Shown: positions 19,097 through 29,887, counted from the first letter of the stretch. The stretch: 64,000 bases of DNA from an uncultured delta proteobacterium (GCA_963840855.1 CAWJBB010000085.1:101365-165364); one strand, 5' to 3'. Made by a program: numbers and translations. The notes: a model not told the origin generated them from the letters alone.

Positions 19097-20233
19097 ATGA
19101 ATGCTCGCCTTTTCGGACGCGCCGTTTTTTTCTTTGCATTAGTGTCTTTGACAATTTTGCGATCGCTCTACCCTGCCTCTGGTAACCCGGAGTTGGAAAA
19201 GGCCAAGACCAACGCTCAAAATTTGGGTTACAATTTTATCGGCAGTCACAATGAAATTCTGGCCGGTGCCAAACGTGAAGGAAAACTGCGCGTCCTCAAT
19301 ACGCTTGATGCCGAAACAACAAACCAGCTTATCAAAGCATTCAGAGAAAAGTACCCATTCATCAGCGTCGAGGGCCAGGAAGTTGCAGGTACGGAGGGAG
19401 CGCAGCGTTTCCTGCTCGAGCTGCAAGCCGGGCAAACAAAGGACTGGGACATTTTTCATCTGCCCCGCGATTTCTTCAGCAAGTTCACCCCGCACGCAAG
19501 GAAAATTGACATCTTTGGCATGGCTCAGCAGGGCATTCTCGCGATTCCCGTCAAGATGATCGATCCAAAAAATCGAAACATTATGGCTCCCGCTAGCGCC
19601 ATTCAGGCGGTCGCTTATAACAAGACGCTAATCTCAGCGGAAAAAGTACCCAACACCTGGGAGGACTTTCTAAAGCCTGAATTTAAGGGAAGGAAATTCA
19701 TGATGGACATTCGACCCCATGGATTCGGCTCCATGGCGGCCGGCCTTGGGATAGAGTGGGTGCAGAATTACGCCCGCAAGCTAAAGGAGCAAGAGCCTAT
19801 CTGGGTCCGCGGCTACTCGCGAACGCTGATAGCGATCGCGGCGGGCGAATACGCTCTTCATCAGCAGGCGAATTTTCATTCTTGCATGCAGATTGCGGAA
19901 AAGGACCCAACCCGATCCATCGCCTGCAAGGTGGTCGAGCCAATCCCTGTTCGCCTCAGCGAAGAAGAGGGAATTCTTTAGAATGCGCCGCGCCCGCACG
20001 CCGCTCTTCTATGGCTCGAGTTTCAGGCGAGCCCAGCCGGGCAGAAAATCATCGACAAATACGAGCCTTTGAAATCTTCCATCTATGCGCCGGGCTCGGA
20101 GTTGGAAAAAATAACCAGAGGGAAAAAACTTCTGGTCGGCGATTGGAGCGTCTATGAAAACATCGACCGCTGGGTGGAGATGACGGTCGAAGCCTTCGGT
20201 TTCCCCAGGGCAGAGTCGTTAAAAACGCGGTAG
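19097..20233 (+). pseudogene. ABC solute-binding protein with in-frame TAG at 19979-19981
   Basis: GAKREGKL, PNTWEDFLKPEFKGRK; the same frame continues NAPRPHAALLWLEF...AFGFP to TAG 20231-20233. Confidence 0.85.
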
Positions 20234-20319
20234 TTGGATGACAGCGACGCCTAATTGATCGAATGTTTTTCCCACAAATTCCACAGCGCGACGGACAGAT
20301 CAAACGGCTTATCAAGGCG

Positions 20320-20459
20320 GAAATGAAGCTCCCCGCAGCAAGCTGCGGGGTATCCTGCGAAATTCCCCGAAGCCGCTACCCTCCTTCGCCAAGGCTACGG
20401 AGGGTTCTCCTCACCTTCATCCTCGCAGCAAGCTGCGAGGTATTCGGCGAAGGAGAATA
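20320..20459 (+). mobile_element. ~140-bp non-autonomous hairpin element (IS200/IS605-end-like MITE), copy 1
   Basis: ATGAAGCTCCCCGCAGCAAGCTGCGGGGTATC...CCTTCGCCAAGGCTACGGAGG...CCTCGCAGCAAGCTGCGAGGTATTCGGCGAAGGAGAAT; near-identical at 29731-29872 and 45281-45421. Confidence 0.8.
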
Positions 20460-20521
20460 AAACTAATCCTGCTGGCTTCGAACAATAATGAAGAGGTTCA
20501 GGATAATTGCCGGCAGAAATG

Positions 20522-21765
20522 CTATTCGCAAGACGTGGCGGGAAGCAGCCGCTGCACTGCCACGCAAGCGTCCACGTGACGGATCAACCCTTCCGTTTCT
20601 CCGCCCTTCCTAGTCGCTGCGCGGCCTGTGGAGAGGAGCAGATCCATGACCTGGCGCGGCGTCAGTTGTGGGTTTTTCTCGAGCAGCAGCGCGACAATCC
20701 CGGAAACATGCGCTGTGGCAAAGGAACTTCCGGAGAGGAAGTCGTATGCGCGCCGAGGGATCGTCGTGATGATATTCACGCCAGGCGCGGCCAGGAAACC
20801 TTGATGCTTGCCTGCGGCTGTGCGCACGCTGCCCTCCGAATCGCTTGCCACGACGGCGATTACATTGGGTAGGCTGCTGGGGAAACTCGATGCAGGGTCG
20901 CTATTCTCCATCACGGCGGCGACGACTGTGATGTTTTGTTCCTCTACAGCCTTTGTAATGAGCCGCCGAAGAAGAAGATCAGAAGGTCCGGACAAACTAA
21001 GATTCAAAACCCGTACGCGCTCGACGATGGCAAAGTCGATAGCTTTCGCGAGCGTCCAGCTGCTGCACCACGCCTCTGTGCTTCCGGGCCCGCGATGCCA
21101 GCACGCTTTTACCGCCATAAGCTCAGCGTCAGGAGCGACTCCATAAATACCCACTCCGTTATCCGCCTGGGCACCGATCACACCCGCGACTGCGGTGCCA
21201 TGCTGATCGGCCGTAAACGTCTTGTCGCCTCCTTCAACAAAGTTCATCGTCTGGGCAATTCTGCCGGTGAGGTCCGGGTGATTGGTGTCCACGCCCGTGT
21301 CAACAATAGCCACGCGGACACCCCGCCCGGTTACCCAACCGTGAGCGCGATCGGCGCGGATGACACGAAGCCATATTGAAAGCGCGCATAGGGGTCGCCG
21401 GCGGATGCCCGAAGCCCTTGGAAAAATTGATTCAGCTGGACCGTCTCCACGCGCGGGTCAGCCGCTAACTGCGCCAGCGCGTCATCAAGCGGACGCGTTG
21501 CGGCAACCTGAAAGACGACACATTGCACCCCGATTGACGTGAGCGGAAACGCGCCGACCTGATCCAGGCCATAATCAGCGGAAAGCTCCTTGGCCAGGAC
21601 TGCCCAGACCTCGGGTGTGGCCGGAGCAAGCGTGACGATCAACTGCCGGGCCTGTAGCTGCCGGGGAACCGCCTCGCTGTCCGATCCCGGTTTTTCTGTG
21701 GGAGCGAGACTGCCGCAGGAGGGGGTCAGTAAGCCAAGCACAAACAGGAAGATCAGTAGCGGCAT
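20522..21765 (-). CDS. S8 subtilisin-like serine peptidase (lipoprotein signal), split by a frameshift near 21350
   Basis: VDTGVD, HGTAVAG, SGSSFATAHVSG catalytic motifs; pro-domain ORF 21331-21765. Confidence 0.85.
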
Positions 21766-22476
21766 TTATGGTTCCTTCGGTTCCGCTAAACGAATTTTGG
21801 GGTGCGCGCGCAATACTGCCAGTATATCGCGGATTCGTTCCGCGTCGGAATCTCCGGCAGCTATTCCTAAGGTGTAAACAGCGATTGGTGACGGACCTGA
21901 TACAATCCTGCCTCCTATGCTGTCAAGCAACGTTCTCATCTCGCGTTCGGTGATATCCTCGGCGAAAATCACCTGGATGTGACTCTTCCCTGGCTCAGAG
22001 ATGGCGCCCGCATCGGACAGCGTGCGATAGAGCGGCCCAGGCGACGCAGAAAGCTGTAATACAACAGCTCCAGCCAGCAGCACAATCACCGCGGCCTGAG
22101 CTGCCAGCGCCCACCGAATCCGAGACGGCGTCTCTTCAAATGTTAGCCGTATTTTGCGGACCCATTCACGGATAGAATGCCGCCGGTGCTCAGGCCTCGA
22201 CCCATCCGTAGACTCGATTCGCGCCATCATCCGGGCTACGCGTTCTTGTGATGGGTTCAGGTCGGCCATATCCGCAGACCGGACAACAGCAGCAATGGTC
22301 CGGCAGCGCGCAATCTCCTGCGCGCATGTCGGACACTCGGCGATATGCTGCGCGACCCGCTCGCGTTCGTCATTCTCCAAGGTGTCATTGACATACCAGG
22401 GAATCAGCTCGGAAATCGCCTGATGCGGATCGCCTTCCAACCGGTTATCGTGCTTTGACATTGCTATGTTCCTCAA
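21766..22476 (-). CDS. zf-HC2 transmembrane anti-sigma factor
   Basis: ELIPWYVNDTL...HIAECPTC, one TM helix, YRTLS motif. Confidence 0.9.
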   Translation of the reverse strand: MRNIAMSKHDNRLEGDPHQAISELIPWYVNDTLENDERERVAQHIAECPTCAQEIARCRTIAAVVRSADMADLNPSQERVARMMARIESTDGSRPEHRRHSIREWVRKIRLTFEETPSRIRWALAAQAAVIVLLAGAVVLQLSASPGPLYRTLSDAGAISEPGKSHIQVIFAEDITEREMRTLLDSIGGRIVSGPSPIAVYTLGIAAGDSDAERIRDILAVLRAHPKIRLAEPKEP

Positions 22477-23045
22477 ATGAGCGGTGTTTCCCTATTTAAA
22501 ACCCCCTCGAGCCTCTGGCGCGCATGGAACATTCTCGTTTTGACCGTGTTCACCGGACAATCGAGAATTTCTGCGATTTCTGCATAGGATCGGCCATGAT
22601 AAAAAGTGAGTTCCACAACCGCTCGCTGCTCGGCTGAAAGAGTGTCTAATGCCTGGCGTATCCTGTCAGTCAATTCCCGCTCCGCAATAATGACTTCCGG
22701 GCTATGGGTCTCGATTCCGCCGTGATCGGACTCTTGAAATTCGGCGTCCGAAGTTGAAATCCGCGCCCGCCCCTTCAAAGCTTTATAGTGAGCGATCCCG
22801 AGAATCCAGGTCGAAAGCTGCGAGGTACCATTGTAGCGTTCCGCCGTCTCCCATACGACCATCATCACGTCATCTAATGCCTCCTCAACGATCTCTCGCT
22901 GCCTAATTTGGCTGGAGAGATAGCGAAAAACGCGAGGCGCATAGCGCCGGTAAAGAGTCTCAAACGCCTGCCGGTCGCGCGCAGCAACACGATGGATAAG
23001 TTCTCGCTCGGTCAGGCGATCTTCTGCAGCATCCGGATTTCGCAT
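22473..23045 (-). CDS. ECF RNA polymerase sigma factor
   Basis: AFETLYRRY, STWILGIAHYK, SYAEIAEILDCPVNTVKTRMFHAR; start uncertain. Confidence 0.92.
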   Translation of the reverse strand: MRNPDAAEDRLTERELIHRVAARDRQAFETLYRRYAPRVFRYLSSQIRQREIVEEALDDVMMVVWETAERYNGTSQLSTWILGIAHYKALKGRARISTSDAEFQESDHGGIETHSPEVIIAERELTDRIRQALDTLSAEQRAVVELTFYHGRSYAEIAEILDCPVNTVKTRMFHARQRLEGVLNRETPLI

Positions 23046-23335
23046 AAGAACTTGATCAACGGAGCCTGAACGGTCGGCGCATTCCCGTCCCGGACATATA
23101 TCGTAAACAGCGGCGCCAGCGGGCGCAAGCGGGATCTTGCCCGCTGCATTGTCTGTGCCGCGGCCTCGATCTTTCGCTTCAGCTGCCGCATGCATTTTCG
23201 TACTGCTTCCCTTTGAATCCGTCCGTATATCCCCGTAACCGGCCAAAAGGTTCAATGGCAAGGATCTCTTAGCCGCTGCAGAAGAAGTCAATGCGAAGCG
23301 ACGTCGTATAACCGCAGCGGCGCTTCAGGCGGATT

Positions 23336-23363
23336 TGAACTTTTTTTGGATGCAGCAGGACTC
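23336..23363 (+). promoter_or_regulatory. Candidate ECF promoter
   Basis: GAACTT-N16-GACTC upstream of the divergent exported-protein gene. Confidence 0.35.
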
Positions 23364-23551
23364 ACCGCGCAGAGTGTGAAAATTACAGATCGCGATGAGA
23401 AATCATCCCTATAAGAGCGCAGCAAGCGCATTGGAGGTAACTATGTCCAGCACAAATGAATAGATCATAAGACTTTTCTTCAGTCACCGAAGGGTGCGCC
23501 ATGCGCATAAATCCAACTTATTCACAATTCAGAAAAAAGAGGAGAATGCTA

Positions 23552-24448
23552 ATGAAAAGATACACGCGTTCGATACGTACAGTCGCCTTTGCATTGCTGT
23601 CAGTGATCGTCCTAGTCCCGGTTCGCGAAGCTGCAGAGGCACAAGACACAGGAAGAAAAGAATTGGTCCCGCCGGCTGTATTCCAGGCAGCTGGAGCCGA
23701 CATAGCGTCAATTCAGAGCTCAGTCGATGCGTTCCGTGTCGCTCTGGGCGAACCCAATAACATGAATGAGCTGGGGCCGCTCCCAGTGGGTCGGCGCGAG
23801 ATCAACTGGGACGGAGGCGGTAACGTCGACATTACCACAGGGCCGGTAACGCCGTTCGACGTGTTTCTCAACACGCGCGGTGCCCAGTTCAGCACGCCGG
23901 GTTTGGGCCTTTCACAGGCTCCGCCTGCTGGCGGCCCCCAAGGCGGTCTTGCAACACTGTTCAACAATCCGACCTACGGCGCCATCTTCAGCGCGTTTAG
24001 CCCTTTGCGCCTTTTCACTCCGGTAGGCAGCAACGTCACCGAAGCGGTGTTCTTTGTGCCCGGCTTCAATGGAGTTTTTGCGGCAACGGTCCGTGGTTTC
24101 GGCGCTGTGTTCACAGACGTAGACGAGCCGGATGGGCTTGGGCCTAAAAAGAGGCGCGGGAGTCCTGGTGGAGCCAGCACACGGATGGAGTACTTCGACG
24201 AAGACGGCAAACTGATCTTCAGCAGTTTCGTCCCGGCTTCGCCGGGCGACGGGAGCCTTTCCTTTTTCGGTATAGTGTTTGAGGACGCGCTTATCGCGCG
24301 TGTCCGAATCACCACCGGCACGGAGGCCCCCGGGCCGGATGATGATGGAACGCGAGACATCGTCATGATGGATGATTTCATCTACGGCGAGCCGCAACCA
24401 TTGACTATACAGCGCAGCGTCGCCCGTGCAGAACCAACGCAGCCGTGA
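23552..24448 (+). CDS. Exported hypothetical protein
   Basis: GAGGAG RBS, signal peptide; conserved-looking RREINWDG, FSPLRLFTP, DIVMMDDFIYGEP. Confidence 0.8.
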   Translation: MKRYTRSIRTVAFALLSVIVLVPVREAAEAQDTGRKELVPPAVFQAAGADIASIQSSVDAFRVALGEPNNMNELGPLPVGRREINWDGGGNVDITTGPVTPFDVFLNTRGAQFSTPGLGLSQAPPAGGPQGGLATLFNNPTYGAIFSAFSPLRLFTPVGSNVTEAVFFVPGFNGVFAATVRGFGAVFTDVDEPDGLGPKKRRGSPGGASTRMEYFDEDGKLIFSSFVPASPGDGSLSFFGIVFEDALIARVRITTGTEAPGPDDDGTRDIVMMDDFIYGEPQPLTIQRSVARAEPTQP

Positions 24449-24770
24449 GCGTTCTTGGCGGATCAGGGTCATTGTGATGGTTTGAGAACAATGGCCCTGA
24501 TCGCCAACTCTGCAGAAATGGTTCACTCCCAGCGGTCGGGGTACTCGTGGCTTTGTTCTTGCTCACGCGGTCACATGACACCACTACGCGGGAGCGACGC
24601 TTTTTCGATTAACGAGTTGTCCATCGTCGAATTTATTGAGATCGTAGCGATACGTATCTATCGTAATCCTCGTATTAGTCAGCAAACATTTGACCCCTTA
24701 TCCTCAGGGCGGATGTTGTGCATCCTGACTATGCAATCGTGAGAGCGCAAAAATCCCAGGGAGGGAGAGC

Positions 24771-25919
24771 ATGAATGAGATCGTGACCTTGGCAGAAAGC
24801 CTGATCCCGCTGATCAGCGAGCTACGCCATACGACCGAGAATGACCGGTGTATCGCGGAACCGATCGTGCAAGCTATTCGCAAGAGTGACCTGTGTCGCA
24901 TGCTTCTCGACACTGGCGCACCCCCGCACTACACACCGGAAGAATGGTTGAGGGTCCTCGAGACGTTGGCGGGCGCCGAAGCGTCGGTGTCCTGGCTCAT
25001 TTGGAATAACACATTGCCGTGTTTCTGGGCCCGCTTCCTGGATGACGCGGGGCGCGCACGGGTGTTCGGCGATGCCAGTCGGTTGTTCGCGGGCTCCACA
25101 CGGCCGACCGGACAGGCCGTGACCACGCAAGGCGGGTTCCGTCTGAGTGGCCGCTGGTCGCTCGTGTCTGGCTGCGAACTTGCCGACTATGTCCATCTCA
25201 TAAGCCTGGTGCACGAAGATGGTGTGCCACACATGCTCGCTCCCGGTCAGCCCCACCTCCGCGTGCTCTTCGTGCCCAAGGGCCGCTACGCCATCCTCGA
25301 CACGTGGCATGTCGGGGGCCTACGTGGCTCCGGGAGTCACGACGTCGTCGTGGACGACGTGTTCGTGCCCGTTGAAGACTCGTTCGCGCCCGCTCCCCCG
25401 GTGGCGAGCAACTCACCGCTTGCCCAGCTGCCCATTATTGCCATGATGGTCGCCGGTATTGGCGCCCAGTTCCTAGGCATGGCGCGCGCGGCAATGGCCG
25501 TCACGATCGAGATACTGCGCAACAAGGTATCTGTAGATCCTGGCGCATCGATTCGCGAGCGACCAAGTGTGCTCGCCGAAATCGCGTCGTATAGCGCTGC
25601 GGTCGCTGCCGCAGGGAGCCACCTCCATGCGAGCATGGCGGCCATGTGGGACAAGGTCAGACATCATCTTCCGACTGCCGAGGACCGTGCGGCGCTGTAC
25701 AGTGCTGGTCTGTATGCCGCCACCGTCGCGCGTGCAGGCGTCGTGGCCATGCACGCCGCCGCCGGGACGACGGCACTCTATGTTGACTGCCCACTGGAAC
25801 GAAGCATACGCGATCTGCAAACGATGGAGAGGCATATTGCGGCGCAACCGCTCTGGTTGGAGGACGCGGGGAGAGTGCTTGTGGGGCATGAACCGATCAA
25901 TCCATTATTCATGATTTGA
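24771..25919 (+). CDS. Flavin-dependent monooxygenase, acyl-CoA dehydrogenase fold (HsaA/HpaB-like oxygenase component)
   Basis: LSGRWSLVSGC, DTWHVGGLRGSGSHD, AGTTALY, LERSIRD. Confidence 0.88.
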   Translation: MNEIVTLAESLIPLISELRHTTENDRCIAEPIVQAIRKSDLCRMLLDTGAPPHYTPEEWLRVLETLAGAEASVSWLIWNNTLPCFWARFLDDAGRARVFGDASRLFAGSTRPTGQAVTTQGGFRLSGRWSLVSGCELADYVHLISLVHEDGVPHMLAPGQPHLRVLFVPKGRYAILDTWHVGGLRGSGSHDVVVDDVFVPVEDSFAPAPPVASNSPLAQLPIIAMMVAGIGAQFLGMARAAMAVTIEILRNKVSVDPGASIRERPSVLAEIASYSAAVAAAGSHLHASMAAMWDKVRHHLPTAEDRAALYSAGLYAATVARAGVVAMHAAAGTTALYVDCPLERSIRDLQTMERHIAAQPLWLEDAGRVLVGHEPINPLFMI

Positions 25920-25934
25920 GAAGCGTTTCAACAG

Positions 25935-26087
25935 GTGGACAAGATCTTGAAAGGCCGCAAGCCCGCCGATCTCCCGGTAGAGCAGCCGAAGACATTTGAG
26001 TTCATCATCAATCTGAAAGCCGCCAAGCAGATCGGCCTGACGATTCCGCCGGAGGTGCTCGCCCGAGCGAATAGGCTGATCAAGTGA
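25935..26087 (+). pseudogene. C-terminal fragment of ABC substrate-binding protein (ABC_sub_bind-type)
   Basis: [50 protein letters not shown]. Confidence 0.9.
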
Positions 26088-26111
26088 TGGAAGAAAACCA
26101 AGCAGCATGCC

Positions 26112-26131
26112 AGGATTGAACTCAAATCTCC
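26112..26131 (+). repeat. Module-boundary site copy 9 (left half)
   Basis: AGGATTGAACTCAAATCTCC, 24 bp after the SBP stop, as at 94. Confidence 0.7.
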
Positions 26132-26277
26132 TACCGTTTAATCCTCCCATTCAGACGACGAAGCTGTGCGCGAGTTATTTTGTCGAAACCAAGCTCTGCA
26201 AGCTCGGCTAACCCTTGCGGAGCCTGAAATAACGCTGAGGCTTTGCTCCGCCGTGATGCAAACCGAGCCGTAAATTT

Positions 26278-27309
26278 CTATCGCTTCGGGACGAGAAGCT
26301 CCTTCAGTTTAGCTACGAGCGCAGGACTGAGATCGTACAAACCCGCGAAAGTCTTTGCCGTTGTCGGGCCATCAATGGGGTTAACCTCCAACTGCGCCTT
26401 CTTGGCTTCGGCCGCCAGCTCGGGATCCCGCAGCGCTTTGATGAAAGCCTGCTGAAGGATCTGTAGCCGCTCAGGCGGAGTGCCCGGAGCGACAGAATAA
26501 GGAAACTGGTAGACATGAACATTGTCCGCGACTTTTAGAAGTATTCGCGCCTCATCCGTTTTGGCGTAGTCGTTGGCCAGGGGAACGTCTTTCAAATCGG
26601 CATGTGATTTCAAGGTAGCCTGCAGCACCACGTGAATCTTTCCTGACTCCATTTGACTGCGCCAGGTAATCTTGGTTGCTTGCCAGGAGGCGCAAAGTCC
26701 GTCGACTTCGCCATTTTCTACCGCCACCCGAGCCTCGGCTCCGCCCTTGTATCCCTCGACGACTTCCAACTGAAGACCGAGCGCTGCTTTAAGAAGCTTG
26801 GGAACATCCGACAGGCCCGTGCCTGGGCCGATCGATGAAATTTTCACGGGCTTCTTGGAGGCAAACCAATCGTCCACTGTTTTGATGCCGCTCTCCCGGT
26901 TGAAGTGGCAGGCCGTATCGTAAGGACCCGGTATACCGACCCAGCCGACTTTGCGAGCGTCGAACTTGGTCGCCTCGTTGCCCATGATCTGCTGGAGGAT
27001 CAGCGGCGAGGCCCACGCCGCGACGGTGAGCCCGTCGGGTTTCGCTCGGTTGTAAAGATGATTGGCAGCGATGATGCCGCCGGCTCCGGTCATGTTTTCG
27101 ACGATCGTGCTCGGCTGGCCGGGAATATGCTTGGTGATATGGCGGGCGATCAACCGGGTGTATTGATCGTAGATGCCGCCTGGCGAATAGCCGACAATAA
27201 ACGTTATCGTCTTGTCCTTATAGAATTCTTGCGCGCGCGCAGCTCCGAGACTGACTGCCATCGCCACGAAGACGCTAGCGACAATGCATCCTTTGGCTCT
27301 TTTGATCAT
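26278..27309 (-). CDS. Tripartite tricarboxylate transporter substrate-binding protein (Bug/TctC family)
   Basis: FYKDKTITFIVGYSPGG, IVENMTGAGG, GYKGG, APGTPPER. Confidence 0.9.
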   Translation of the reverse strand: MIKRAKGCIVASVFVAMAVSLGAARAQEFYKDKTITFIVGYSPGGIYDQYTRLIARHITKHIPGQPSTIVENMTGAGGIIAANHLYNRAKPDGLTVAAWASPLILQQIMGNEATKFDARKVGWVGIPGPYDTACHFNRESGIKTVDDWFASKKPVKISSIGPGTGLSDVPKLLKAALGLQLEVVEGYKGGAEARVAVENGEVDGLCASWQATKITWRSQMESGKIHVVLQATLKSHADLKDVPLANDYAKTDEARILLKVADNVHVYQFPYSVAPGTPPERLQILQQAFIKALRDPELAAEAKKAQLEVNPIDGPTTAKTFAGLYDLSPALVAKLKELLVPKR

Positions 27310-27467
27310 TGTGGTCCCCCTAACGTTGACGTAACTCGGTTCCACCGGCGTGAAACCGCCCGAACACGCGCGCCGGCCAAATGCATTCTCTGCGGACCGT
27401 ACTACAGATGTTTGTTCCGTTCCACCGTCGACGGGGAAGCAGCGAGTGGTTCAGTTTCGCAAACATT

Positions 27468-27529
27468 TGTAGGGGCGACCCCCTGTGGTCGCCCGTCCCA
27501 GAGGGCAGACACAGGGGTCTGCCCCTACA
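27468..27529. repeat. GTAG-type REP doublet (REPIN-like)
   Basis: TGTAGGGGCGACC...GGTCGCCC...GGGCAGAC...GTCTGCCCCTACA; inverted copy at 48562-48623. Confidence 0.85.
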
Positions 27530-27693
27530 TTGAGGATTCGTTGAAATCAAATTGAACCACTATCCTTGTGTAGACCGGCTTTACAAAACCGATAGTTAGA
27601 GATAAGCGAATATAATCAATTCAGGAGACAGTTCTTCCGGGAAAATCGACGCAGCGTATTGAAATTGTCTCATGATAAAGGAGGGCTTATTCG

Positions 27694-28707
27694 ATGGAAT
27701 ATACCAAGGCAACGGCTAAGGAGTGGGCCAAGGGAGATTTTCACGGCGTCTGCAACGTTATTATCCCGAGCTACACCGCGGACCTCAAACGGCTCAACGA
27801 AAAAGCCATCCGCCACGACGTGAAGCGCAACATTGAACTCGGCTTCTGGGGCGCGCTGCTCGTATCTGAGGCAGGAACAACCATGGCGGAAATGAAGCAG
27901 TTCATGGAGATCGCGGTGGACGAAGCCAGAGGGCGCCACCGTTTCGTGCTTCATGGCACCTTTGATACCGCGGATGACATCGTTCAGATGGCCCGAGAAG
28001 GACAGACCATAGGCGTGGACGGCTTGCTGCTCGGTCACCCGAATTCGTTTTATCCGAAGGACGCGGATCAGCTCTACGAGTACCTCGCCTACGTTTGCGA
28101 CCGCACGGATCTCGCCACCGTGTTATTCGCCGCGCATCACTGGAATTTTGAGAGACTTCATCCCAGCGGCTATCCGCCCCAGGCTTTGTTGCGGGCCGCG
28201 AAACTCCCCAATGTCGTCGCCATCAAGCACGAGGTGGGGCGGCCGGGGCTCGGCGCGGCCTATGAGTTTTGGAAAACGATCCGGGACAAAGGAGTCCTCT
28301 TTTCCGATCCCCTCGAGGCCAACTCCCCGCTCACCGTAGAAATGTTTGGCCAGCAATGGATGGGAACAAGCAATTACGAATACTGGGGCGGCATGGTGCC
28401 GCAATATTTTAAGCTCCTCCGCGAAGGCCAGTTCGATAGGGCCATGAAGATTTACTGGCAGATCCAACCGGCGCGCGCCGCGCGCATGGCCGAGCAGAAC
28501 TCTTTCGGCGGCGCCAATTTCATCCATCGCTATATGTGGAAATACCAGGCTTGGCTCAATGGTTATAACGGCGGCCCCGTGCGCCAGCCCGTCATGAAGC
28601 TCAACAACGGCCAGATGAGGCGCCTTCGAGAAGCGCTCAGCCGGTCCGGAGTGGAAATCGCAGAGGAAGATCCCGCGGCATTCTTCGCCGGCCGCAATCC
28701 GGCTTAA
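27694..28707 (+). CDS. Dihydrodipicolinate synthase-family hydratase-aldolase (aromatic ring-cleavage product type)
   Basis: GVCNVIIPSYTADLKRLNEKAIRHDV, LPNVVAIK, YNGGPVRQP. Confidence 0.8.
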   Translation: MEYTKATAKEWAKGDFHGVCNVIIPSYTADLKRLNEKAIRHDVKRNIELGFWGALLVSEAGTTMAEMKQFMEIAVDEARGRHRFVLHGTFDTADDIVQMAREGQTIGVDGLLLGHPNSFYPKDADQLYEYLAYVCDRTDLATVLFAAHHWNFERLHPSGYPPQALLRAAKLPNVVAIKHEVGRPGLGAAYEFWKTIRDKGVLFSDPLEANSPLTVEMFGQQWMGTSNYEYWGGMVPQYFKLLREGQFDRAMKIYWQIQPARAARMAEQNSFGGANFIHRYMWKYQAWLNGYNGGPVRQPVMKLNNGQMRRLREALSRSGVEIAEEDPAAFFAGRNPA

Positions 28708-28717
28708 AGAATCACAC

Positions 28718-29689
28718 ATGGCGCTGTTTCTTACCCACGAGGACGTGTCGGCCAGCGTAACCATGCTGGATGCGGTGGACGCAATGGAGGGCGCATTCCG
28801 CGAACAGGCCGAGGGCAAAGTCACCCAACCACACAGACTCAACCTCAAGGCCGGCAAAGGATGGCTCCGCGTCGGACCCGCAGTGCTGGAAGGCTCCGGT
28901 TACATGGGCTTCAAGGCGATGAATTTAGCTCCAGGTCACGGAGTCCGATATCAAGTCCATCTCTATCGGATAGCTGACGGCGAACTTTTGGCTATCATGG
29001 ACGCGCTCCATCTCACCACTTTGCGCACCGGCGCCACCAGCGCCGTCGCCACCCGGCGCCTCGCCAGTGGTGAGCCGACGACTATAGGGGTGATCGGGTC
29101 CGGGATTGAAGCCCGGGCGCAACTCGAAGCGATGCACGCCTTGGGTCTGGCGCGCTCGGCGCGCGTCTACAGCCCGACTCAGGCGAATCGCGAGAAGTTC
29201 GCCGCCGATTACAGTCGGTCTCTGGGAATAGAGGTGTTGCCGGTAGGCCACGCGCAAGACGCAGTGCGAGGCTGCGGCCTCGTTGTTGCCGCGGTCAAGT
29301 CAGCCGAAACGGCGCTGTTGGGTGAATGGTTGGAGCCCGGAACCCATGTCAATTCAGTGGGCACGGCGCGCCCGGAGCAGCGAGAGATCGATGCGGCGAC
29401 ATTCCAGCGCAGCGCCGTGATTGTCGTGGACACGCGCGAAGGCGTGTTCGGCGAAGCCGGGGATGCCATCGCTGCCAAAGACGTTGTTTCGCCCGAGCAA
29501 GTATACGAACTGGCCGAGCTGGTCACAGGCAGCGCGCCGGCGCGTAGCGACGAGAAACAGATTACGTTATTCAAATCGGTGGGTTCGGCGCACCAGGATG
29601 TTGCCATCGCGGGGCGTATCTTCGAGCGCGCCCGCGAGAAAAATCTCGGCTCTGAAATCCGCGGCTTTCCGATCACGAAAAAAACTTAG
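28718..29689 (+). CDS. Ornithine cyclodeaminase / mu-crystallin family protein
   Basis: LTTLRTGATSAVA, IGSGIEA, PGTHVNSVG, TLFKSVG. Confidence 0.92.
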   Translation: MALFLTHEDVSASVTMLDAVDAMEGAFREQAEGKVTQPHRLNLKAGKGWLRVGPAVLEGSGYMGFKAMNLAPGHGVRYQVHLYRIADGELLAIMDALHLTTLRTGATSAVATRRLASGEPTTIGVIGSGIEARAQLEAMHALGLARSARVYSPTQANREKFAADYSRSLGIEVLPVGHAQDAVRGCGLVVAAVKSAETALLGEWLEPGTHVNSVGTARPEQREIDAATFQRSAVIVVDTREGVFGEAGDAIAAKDVVSPEQVYELAELVTGSAPARSDEKQITLFKSVGSAHQDVAIAGRIFERAREKNLGSEIRGFPITKKT

Positions 29690-29730
29690 GCATAGATACT
29701 TGTAATTTCCGGCCGAAATTTTAGATCAAG

Positions 29731-29872
29731 GAAATGAAGCTCCTCGGAGCAAAGCTCCGAGGTATCTTGCGAAATTCTCCGAAGCCCTTCCACCCTCCTT
29801 CGCCAAGGCTACGGAGGGTTCTCCTCACCTTCATCCTCGCAGCAAGCTGCGAGGTATTCGGCGAAGGAGAAT
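29731..29872 (+). mobile_element. ~140-bp hairpin MITE-like element, copy 2
   Basis: Near-identical to 20320-20459 with a variant first hairpin CCTCGGAGCAAAGCTCCGAGG. Confidence 0.8.
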
Positions 29873-29887
29873 CAAAAACGCTGTGAC

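Noticed and set aside
20263-20460. Small ORFs containing MKLPAASCGVS / SPSPNTSQLAARMK (also 29721-30076, 45178-45477)
   Set aside because: These are translations of the repeated 140-bp element.
24456-24508. Long hairpin after the exported-protein gene
   Set aside because: Single copy, no U-tract and no attC boxes; cannot be assigned beyond a possible terminator or stabiliser.
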